Shown here piece after piece: positions 16,929 to 23,117 of a stretch of 24,000 nucleotides of DNA. Source of the DNA: Microbacterium phage A3Wally; the sequence record MZ150783.1; one strand, given 5' to 3'. The notes beneath the pieces are model-generated. The model saw only the letters and a program-made list of their open reading frames with translations. It made no database searches and was not told the origin of the DNA. A program made the translations under genes and the position numbers. Within the stretch, counting starts at the first letter, position 1. Each line of letters opens with the position of its first letter.

Positions 16929-18497
16929 GTGAGCAAGAAGTTCCCCGCGATCCGCGCTCTCATCGACACGGACGCCTACAAGCTCGGGCACATCCACATG
17001 TATCCCGAGGGCACCGAGTACGTCCTCTCCAACTTCACCGACCGTGGCTCGCGCATCGAAGGCGTGGAGGAGACCGTTCACTTCGGTCTCCAGGCGTTCC
17101 TTCACTCGTGGCTCACCGACGAGTGGGAGCCGTTCTTCGCGGCGACCGAGGATGAGGTCGCAGAGCAGTACGAGGAGTTCACCGCTTCCGTCCTGAACCC
17201 CGAGGTCGGCGGTCGCGTCGGTGTCGAGCACATCCGTGCGCTCCACCGTCTGGGCTACCTCCCGCTGGAGTTCAAGAGCCTGCCCGAGGGCGCGAAGGTT
17301 CCGCTCCGTGTCCCCAAGTTCACGGTCCAGAACACCCACCCGGAGTTCTTCTGGCTGACCAACTACATCGAGACCCCGATGTCGGCAGAGGTCTGGCAGA
17401 TCGCGACCAGCGCCACCATCGCTGACCGCTTCCGCACGCTGCTGGACGAGTGGGCGATCAAGACGACCGGCTCCACCGCTGGCGTCGAGTGGCAGGGCCA
17501 CGACTTCAGCTTCCGAGGCATGGCGGGCGTTCACGCCGCCGCACTCTCGGGCCTGGGTCACGCGCTCAGCTTCACCGGCTCGGACAACCTCAACGTCCTC
17601 CCGACCGCCGACGACTACTACGGCCCCGCTGAGGGTCTGGTCATCGGCTCGGTCCCCGCCACGGAGCATTCGGTCGCGACCGCCTTCGGTCCCGAGGACG
17701 AGCGCGGCTACTTCGAGCGTCTTCTCGCCGCCAACCCGACCGGTCTGGTTTCGGCTGTCTCGGACAGCTACGACCTCTGGAACGTCCTCACCGATGTCCT
17801 CCCGGACCTGAAGGATAAGATCATGGCGCGTGACGGCAAGCTCGTCATCCGCCCCGACTCGGGCGACCCCGTGGACATCCTCACCGGCTCGTACGGTCTC
17901 TCGGACCACGAGCTGGGCGAGGAGGGCAACAACCAGGCCACGTACGCGCTCCGTCGTTCCAACGCCGAGCGCAAGCAGCCCCTCTCCGCTGCGGAAAAGG
18001 GCACCGTGGAACTCCTCTGGGAGACCTTCGGCGGCACCGTCAACGAGCTGGGCTACAAGGTGCTCGACCCGCACATCGGCGTAATCTACGGCGACTCGAT
18101 CACCTACGACCGTGCGCTGAAGATCATGCAGCGCCTGGAGGCCAAGGGCTTCGCGTCCACCAACGTGGTCTTCGGTGTCGGCTCGTTCACCTACCAGTAC
18201 CAGACCCGCGACACGTTCAAGAGCGCGATGAAGGCCACGTGGGTTCAGGTCAACGGCGAGGGTATCGACATCTACAAGGACCCCGCCACGGACGACGGCA
18301 CCAAGAAGTCGGCTCGCGGCAAGGTCGCGGTGCAGTACGTGGACGGACACTACGTCCTCTTCGACAGCACCACCACGCCCACGGGTGCCGAGGTCCAGGA
18401 CCAGTACAACGAGCTTCAGACGGTGTGGAAGGACGGCAAGTTCGTCAAGACCTACACCTTCGCTGAGGTCCGTGCACGTCTCGGACACATCAAGTAA
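16929..18497 (+). CDS. nadV: Nicotinamide phosphoribosyltransferase (NAMPT/NadV)
   Basis: LIDTDAYKLGHIHMYPEGTEYVLSNFTDR, VPATEHSVATAF, LVSAVSDSYDLWNV, LVIRPDSGDPVDIL closely match the conserved NAMPT motifs. GTG 16929 has a Shine-Dalgarno; the listed start 16866 lies in the promoter. Confidence 0.95.
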   Translation: MSKKFPAIRALIDTDAYKLGHIHMYPEGTEYVLSNFTDRGSRIEGVEETVHFGLQAFLHSWLTDEWEPFFAATEDEVAEQYEEFTASVLNPEVGGRVGVEHIRALHRLGYLPLEFKSLPEGAKVPLRVPKFTVQNTHPEFFWLTNYIETPMSAEVWQIATSATIADRFRTLLDEWAIKTTGSTAGVEWQGHDFSFRGMAGVHAAALSGLGHALSFTGSDNLNVLPTADDYYGPAEGLVIGSVPATEHSVATAFGPEDERGYFERLLAANPTGLVSAVSDSYDLWNVLTDVLPDLKDKIMARDGKLVIRPDSGDPVDILTGSYGLSDHELGEEGNNQATYALRRSNAERKQPLSAAEKGTVELLWETFGGTVNELGYKVLDPHIGVIYGDSITYDRALKIMQRLEAKGFASTNVVFGVGSFTYQYQTRDTFKSAMKATWVQVNGEGIDIYKDPATDDGTKKSARGKVAVQYVDGHYVLFDSTTTPTGAEVQDQYNELQTVWKDGKFVKTYTFAEVRARLGHIK

Positions 18498-18507
18498 GAC
18501 CCCGCTC

Positions 18508-18536
18508 GGGCCGTCCTCTTCGGGGGACGGCCCTTT
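18508..18536 (+). terminator. Probable intrinsic terminator after nadV
   Basis: GGGCCGTCC (18508-18516) / GGACGGCCC (18525-18533), then TTT; short U-tract. Confidence 0.65.
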
Positions 18537-18556
18537 CGGCTAGACAGAAAGACGAA

Positions 18557-18925
18557 ATGCCCAAGAAGAATTCCCTGAAGCTTGTGCCCTACGGTACCAA
18601 GCGTATGTGGGTGGACAACAAGATCGAGGAGCACGAGGCGCTTCTGGAGTACACCTACGGAGACCCCATCCACCCCCAGAGCGGCGTCACCTACAAGGAC
18701 AATGAACCCTTCGAGGCGACTCTGAAGATCATGTCACTGGAGCGTGGTCGTTCTGCTGCACGCTTCTGGTTCCAGGATGTCAATACCGGAACCTACTACC
18801 CCTTCTTCGGGCAGACGCTCGTGGAAATGATCACGGCCTCTGACCTCCTGAAGGGTGTTGTTACCGGCACCTGGATCGCGGTCAAGAAGGGCCAGAACTA
18901 CGGAATCGAGCTGTACAATGGCTAA
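18557..18925 (+). CDS. Hypothetical protein
   Basis: ATG 18557 after purine-rich AGAAAGACGAA; overlaps the next start. Confidence 0.7.
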   Translation: MPKKNSLKLVPYGTKRMWVDNKIEEHEALLEYTYGDPIHPQSGVTYKDNEPFEATLKIMSLERGRSAARFWFQDVNTGTYYPFFGQTLVEMITASDLLKGVVTGTWIAVKKGQNYGIELYNG

Positions 18926-19154
18926 GACACGTATCGTCCTCGTTCTCGAATTTGAGGAGACCGAATACCCAGACGAGGACTGGACCAAGACCGAGCTTCG
19001 CAAGATCAAGCTCGACAAGAAGCGGACCACTATGTCCGACGAGGAGCGCCGGGGTGTGGCTGAAGAGGCGGGACAGTCCGACTTCTGGCAGGTCGATGTA
19101 CACAACGACATCTACCACGTGATTGACACAGGGCGCTCCGTCAAGTACGATTAG
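18918..19154 (+). CDS. Hypothetical protein (MAKTRIVLVLEFEETEYPDEDWTK...)
   Basis: ATG 18918 overlapping upstream gene end; listed start 18855 is internal to the upstream gene. Confidence 0.6.
   Translation: MAKTRIVLVLEFEETEYPDEDWTKTELRKIKLDKKRTTMSDEERRGVAEEAGQSDFWQVDVHNDIYHVIDTGRSVKYD
19123..19151 (+). promoter_or_regulatory. Putative leaderless promoter TTGACA-17 nt-TACGAT
   Basis: TTGACA 19123-19128, TACGAT 19146-19151, tagttc, ATG 19158. Confidence 0.65.
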
Positions 19155-19157
19155 TTC

Positions 19158-19268
19158 ATGCGTACAATCAAGAATCTCTACTACCGGGCAGTCGAGCTAT
19201 ACGCTCGGCTGTCCGGTGATGTCGTTACAGCCGAGTACTACCTTGCCAAGCGGGAGGACAACCAGTGA
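19158..19268 (+). CDS. 36-aa small protein (MRTIKNLYYRAVELYARLSGDVVTAEYYLAKREDNQ)
   Basis: ATG exactly 6 nt after a -10; overlaps next GTG start; missing from ORF track. Confidence 0.6.
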   Translation: MRTIKNLYYRAVELYARLSGDVVTAEYYLAKREDNQ

Positions 19269-19468
19269 CTCAGAAGTACGAGGTCGTCTTCGAAACCAAG
19301 CTGTACTACTCAGTCTTCGTGGACGCGGAAGACGAGCAGGAGGCCTCGGAGAAGGCTATCGACACCCGGTTCCCACCCAAAATCAGCGTGCCTACGGGCT
19401 TTGAAATTGCCGACAATGAAACCGACTGGTTCATCGACGGTGTAGTGGAAGTGAGTTACGATGACTGA
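19265..19468 (+). CDS. Hypothetical protein
   Basis: GTGA overlap with upstream ORF and overlap with 19461 start. Confidence 0.6.
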   Translation: MTQKYEVVFETKLYYSVFVDAEDEQEASEKAIDTRFPPKISVPTGFEIADNETDWFIDGVVEVSYDD

Positions 19469-19637
19469 CCTTCGTACTCCCAGCGAATGGGAGAAGGAAT
19501 TCAACTACCGCATTAAGGATGCGGACGGATGGGACCGACAGAACTTCGAAGAGGATTGGGCTAAGCCCATCACGCGCGAGGAGTTCATGATGAAGTCTGT
19601 CGGATGCACCATCGAAGGCCCGTGGTCCGATGACTGA
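19461..19637 (+). CDS. 58-aa hypothetical protein (MTDLRTPSEWEKEFNYRIKDADGWDRQNF...)
   Basis: Overlapping start/stop arrangement; not in ORF track (<60 aa). Confidence 0.6.
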   Translation: MTDLRTPSEWEKEFNYRIKDADGWDRQNFEEDWAKPITREEFMMKSVGCTIEGPWSDD

Positions 19638-19803
19638 GGCACTGAACTGGATTTCCCTGGAGGAAATCGAAGCGAAGCTCGGCGCAAGCGAGGAGCAGGA
19701 CTGGGACACCGTGGTCTACGGCAATCCTCAGCTCGCGCCGAACACCATCGTAGATGACGCTCTCACGAGCCTAAAGCCCCGAGGTCAACATGTCCGACGT
19801 TAG
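19630..19803 (+). CDS. 57-aa hypothetical protein (MTEALNWISLEEIEAKLGASEEQ...)
   Basis: Overlapping start/stop arrangement with both neighbours; not in ORF track. Confidence 0.55.
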   Translation: MTEALNWISLEEIEAKLGASEEQDWDTVVYGNPQLAPNTIVDDALTSLKPRGQHVRR

Positions 19804-19984
19804 TCTGGTACACAACCATCTGATTCACTCCCCCGACGATGAGGGCAACCTGCCGTGCGACAAGGGCGTGCCTGGCGGTAAGCGGAGCTTCCACCGATTC
19901 CAGGTGGCGGTGGGGGCGGATCGGGCTGTCTGCGTGTTTTGCGGAACCATCGGACCAAGTGTTGACACGTACGTCCATACCTGA
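19790..19984 (+). CDS. Small protein with single CxxC knuckle (CVFCG)
   Basis: GAGG upstream of ATG 19790; AVCVFCGTIGP resembles a half zinc ribbon. Confidence 0.55.
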   Translation: MSDVSLVHNHLIHSPDDEGNLPCDKGVPGGKRSFHRFQVAVGADRAVCVFCGTIGPSVDTYVHT

Positions 19985-19990
19985 TACGTT
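19962..19990 (+). promoter_or_regulatory. Leaderless promoter TTGACA-17 nt-TACGTT heading the PnuC unit
   Basis: TTGACA 19962-19967, TACGTT 19985-19990, tgaggc, ATG 19997. Confidence 0.7.
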
Positions 19991-19996
19991 TGAGGC

Positions 19997-20152
19997 ATGA
20001 AACGAGAATTCATCGCCAGCAACGGTCTCAGCATCACTGCTGAGGGTGACGGCATCCGAGTAGACAACGTATATCTCGGCCCCGCGCACATCGACGCAAT
20101 CGATGAGTTCCGTCTCTTCCTCGACAACCTCGAAAGAAACGGACTGCTGTGA
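19997..20152 (+). CDS. 51-aa small protein (MKREFIASNGLSITAEGDGIRVDNVYLGPAHIDAIDEFRLFLDNLERNGLL)
   Basis: First codon 6 nt after a -10; stop overlaps GTG of pnuC-like gene; not in ORF track. Confidence 0.6.
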   Translation: MKREFIASNGLSITAEGDGIRVDNVYLGPAHIDAIDEFRLFLDNLERNGLL

Positions 20153-21099
20153 GCATCCCTATCCTCCCCCCGCGCAACTCGCGGCTCGGTCGTGTCCTCA
20201 CGAGCGACTTCCTCATCGCGGCGGTGATCGCACTCGGTCTGTCCGGTGCCACCTTCGCGCTCGCCTACGCTGCGGGCTGGCTCAGCGGCGCACCCAACTG
20301 GTTCGAAGTGGCTGGTGCCACGATCAACTACGGTGCGACCTACCTGTCCATCAAGCAGCGCCGGTTCACCTACGCCCTCGGCTTCGCCGCCAGCGCCGCG
20401 TTCGCAATCGCCTACTTCCAGTACGGCCTGCTCGCGTCCGCGATCCTCTCGGCGTACCTGGTGGGTCAGCTCGTCTACGGCTACTTCCGCTGGGGTCCTG
20501 ACGCCGAGAGCCGCCCGGTCCACAAATTCAAGTGGGGCAACTGGTGGATGTACGCGCTCGCGACCGTCCTCACCTATGCGGGTGCTGTGGCTGTCTCGAC
20601 CGCCTTCGGTGGACAGTTCGCCTTCTGGGACGGCGCGATCCTCGTGCTCACCATCCTGGCGCAGTTCCTCCTAGACAACAAGGTGCTCGCCGCCTGGTTC
20701 GTCTGGACCGCTGTCAACGTCGTGGGTGTGACCCTCTACGCCACCGCTGGTGCACCGTTCGCGGCAATCCAGCAGCTCATCTTCGGTCTGGCCAACATCT
20801 GGGGCTACCTCGCCTGGAAGAAGACCATGGAGCAGGGCGGCGACCTCCCGGAGGTTCTGCCTGACGCCGAGACCACGGAGCCTGCGGACGAGTCCGCTGA
20901 GGAGTGGACTCGCCCGGACCCCGCCGACGTGGCAGAGCGCACCTTCTCCGGTGCCAAGCTGCACAGCGTCAGCCTCGTTCCCGAGGGTGAGGGCATCGGC
21001 AAGGTCGTTATCACCGAGCAGTACTCGGGTGATTCCAAGGTCGAGGCCACGTACCACGACCCCGCCCCCACGACGGAAATCGACAAGGTTCAGTCGTGA
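20149..21099 (+). CDS. pnuC: PnuC-family nicotinamide riboside (or NMN) transporter
   Basis: Multi-TM protein. KWGNWWMYALATVLTYAGAVAV, LTILAQFLLDNKVLAAWFVWTAVNVVGVTLYATAGAPFAAIQQLIFGLANIWGYLAWKK match the conserved PnuC C-terminal half. Confidence 0.85.
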   Translation: MSIPILPPRNSRLGRVLTSDFLIAAVIALGLSGATFALAYAAGWLSGAPNWFEVAGATINYGATYLSIKQRRFTYALGFAASAAFAIAYFQYGLLASAILSAYLVGQLVYGYFRWGPDAESRPVHKFKWGNWWMYALATVLTYAGAVAVSTAFGGQFAFWDGAILVLTILAQFLLDNKVLAAWFVWTAVNVVGVTLYATAGAPFAAIQQLIFGLANIWGYLAWKKTMEQGGDLPEVLPDAETTEPADESAEEWTRPDPADVAERTFSGAKLHSVSLVPEGEGIGKVVITEQYSGDSKVEATYHDPAPTTEIDKVQS

Positions 21100-21269
21100 C
21101 CGAACCCAAGACTCTGACCGGCTCATCCACAATTTTCGTGGATGAGTCGGCAGAGCCGATCACCTTCGACTTCAGCGGCACGAGCCAGCTTCACATCATG
21201 AGCTGCGCCCCCGTCAAGGTCGAGTCCGGATTCTGGAGAAAGGTCGTCCCCGTTGGCGATGCAGCGTAA
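21096..21269 (+). CDS. 57-aa hypothetical protein (MTEPKTLTGSSTIFVDESAEPITFDFSGTSQ...)
   Basis: GTGA overlap with pnuC stop; downstream gene overlaps; not in ORF track. Confidence 0.5.
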   Translation: MTEPKTLTGSSTIFVDESAEPITFDFSGTSQLHIMSCAPVKVESGFWRKVVPVGDAA

Positions 21270-21534
21270 GTTCATCCGCAACCCGAAGATTCGTCTCTGG
21301 CTCGCTCTGAGCATTCCACTTCTCGGTACCCTCGGTGGTACTATCTGGATTCCCGGGGCCTGGGAAGTCTGGCTGTACATCCTTGCAGTGCCCGTAGGCC
21401 TCGCAGCCCTTGTCGTGGTCATCTGTGTGGTCATCGCCTTTATCTACTGGGTGCGTACCGGGTACATCACCAACCCTCTCCGTCACGGCCCCTGGGGTGA
21501 CTGGAAGCACAGAGAGAACAGTATCTCGTGGTAG
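21259..21534 (+). CDS. Small membrane protein, two predicted TM segments
   Basis: MQRKFIRNPKIRLWLALSIPLLGTLGG...VVVICVVIAFIYW. Confidence 0.65.
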   Translation: MQRKFIRNPKIRLWLALSIPLLGTLGGTIWIPGAWEVWLYILAVPVGLAALVVVICVVIAFIYWVRTGYITNPLRHGPWGDWKHRENSISW

Positions 21535-21866
21535 TTCCGAAGAAGAAACTGAAGGTCGTACGCAACCCGGCGATCCGTCAGGGCATTGTAATCGGTGTGG
21601 GCGTGGTGGCAATCCTCGCCCTGATTCTTCTCCTTCCTATTCGGTGGGCTATCCTCACCTGGGTGATTTGGATCGGCCTCGGCGTGATAGGTCTGATCGC
21701 CACCCTCTTCCTCGCGGTCATGTTCGTGGCCACCATCGGCTCTGTCCAGTACTGGATGAAGCACGGCTACTGGTATAGCCCGTGGGCGATGGGTCCCTGG
21801 GGGCATGGTCCTCAGGGCGGTCAGTACGACTACGATGAGGTCAAGCACTTCGAAGAACGTCCTTGA
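21528..21866 (+). CDS. Small membrane protein, likely paralog of the preceding gene
   Basis: KLKVVRNPAIRQGIVIGVGVVAILALILLL...; GTG start overlapping the upstream end. Confidence 0.65.
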   Translation: MVVPKKKLKVVRNPAIRQGIVIGVGVVAILALILLLPIRWAILTWVIWIGLGVIGLIATLFLAVMFVATIGSVQYWMKHGYWYSPWAMGPWGHGPQGGQYDYDEVKHFEERP

Positions 21867-21891
21867 CATCCGGTTGTCCTGCTGGTAGGCT
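21863..21891 (+). promoter_or_regulatory. Leaderless promoter TTGACA-17 nt-TAGGCT heading the unit that ends in the NadR-like gene
   Basis: TTGACA 21863-21868 contains the upstream stop codon; TAGGCT 21886-21891, gaagcc, ATG 21898. Confidence 0.75.
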
Positions 21892-21897
21892 GAAGCC

Positions 21898-22092
21898 ATG
21901 AATACATGCAAGAAGCACTCCCGCTACAACTGCTGGGACTCGCAGTGCCAGCAGGACAACGCCGGTCGTATCGGCATGGACACGCAGGGCGACCTCACCA
22001 TCGGTATCGGTGGTGGCCTCGCCATGGACATGTCGGACGGCTCCCTCGGGATGAACATCGGCGGCATCACCTTCGACTTCGACGGGAAGTGA
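21898..22092 (+). CDS. Small protein (MNTCKKHSRYNCWDSQCQQDN...GMDTQGDLTIGIGGGLAMDMSDGSLGMNIGG)
   Basis: Cys-rich N-terminus, glycine-rich repetitive C-terminus; leaderless promoter immediately upstream. Confidence 0.65.
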   Translation: MNTCKKHSRYNCWDSQCQQDNAGRIGMDTQGDLTIGIGGGLAMDMSDGSLGMNIGGITFDFDGK

Positions 22093-22093
22093 C

Positions 22094-22858
22094 ATGCCGA
22101 CCGAATTCGACCGCATCCTGAATTTCGACCCTCTGCTCGAAGCGGAGAAGGTCACCGGCAAGAGCTACAAGGAGGACCCCGGCACCAAGGGTCTCGGATT
22201 CGTCCTGCTCCAGGAGAGCGCTCAGCGCAAGAAGGACGAGCTTATGCTCCGGGAGGACACCTACTCGGGTATGCCCTTCCACGACGCCGTACAGCTCGTG
22301 CTGGACCTAGGGTTCGAGCCGATCTACGCGCAGATCAAGTCCGACAAGAGCAAGTACGGTGACGGTCGTCCCGTACACTTCTACCTCTACTGGCGTAAGG
22401 GCGTCCTGCTCCGTCTGGAGAGCTACGGCAGCGAGAACTCGACGCGCGGTCTCACCGTCAACAGCATGCACATGTACTACAACTGGATGCAGGCGGACGG
22501 CTCCACCCCGTGGTGCCCGGTCAGCGGCAGCAGCTCGTGGACACGCATGGCTCCCGGATTCGACGGAGAGCTGGAGGACGACCCGTGGGTGATGAACGGC
22601 GACAAGGACGTTCGCGAGGGCCTGAAGCACTACCTCGAAATCCTCCACTCCTCGGGCATCGTCCCCGAGACGTGGCTGTACACGCCCTCAACGATTTCTC
22701 TGCACTCCTATGCAGAGCGTGTGGAGGACGACCTCCACAAGAAGGACTGGTTCGAGAAGTACGATGCACGGAACGTCGAGCGCATCAAGCTTCTCCGACC
22801 GGACATTCGTGACATGATGATCGCCGGTCGGCGGGGAAAGAGCTGGGACAATGACTGA
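22094..22858 (+). CDS. Hypothetical protein
   Basis: GGGAAG Shine-Dalgarno; long in-frame ORF with normal spacing to neighbours. Confidence 0.7.
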   Translation: MPTEFDRILNFDPLLEAEKVTGKSYKEDPGTKGLGFVLLQESAQRKKDELMLREDTYSGMPFHDAVQLVLDLGFEPIYAQIKSDKSKYGDGRPVHFYLYWRKGVLLRLESYGSENSTRGLTVNSMHMYYNWMQADGSTPWCPVSGSSSWTRMAPGFDGELEDDPWVMNGDKDVREGLKHYLEILHSSGIVPETWLYTPSTISLHSYAERVEDDLHKKDWFEKYDARNVERIKLLRPDIRDMMIAGRRGKSWDND

Positions 22859-23117
22859 CTTCGGGACGATTCTGGGTGAGGTATTCGCCGGAATCTTTGG
22901 GCCGTGGCTCTGCTACGTGGTGGCGGTGCTCGTCATCCTCATCGGCTTCCTCGGTGCGCTTGCACTGAGTGATCCGGATGGGGACATGCCCTGGCAGCTC
23001 ATCACCGCCGCATGGATCACCTGGGTTGTCATCGTGATCGTGGCCGTCTCGTTCATGATCTTCCTTGGACAATTCGACGCCTGGACCTGGGTCGTGAAGC
23101 CGGAGCTGCTGCGATGA
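22851..23117 (+). CDS. Small membrane protein, two TM segments
   Basis: GPWLCYVVAVLVILIGFLGALAL and LITAAWITWVVIVIVAVSFMIFL. Confidence 0.65.
   Translation: MTDFGTILGEVFAGIFGPWLCYVVAVLVILIGFLGALALSDPDGDMPWQLITAAWITWVVIVIVAVSFMIFLGQFDAWTWVVKPELLR

Noticed and set aside
16680-18488. 602-aa open frame on the minus strand
   Set aside because: Complement of the NAMPT gene, whose motifs are unambiguous; same shadow-ORF composition.
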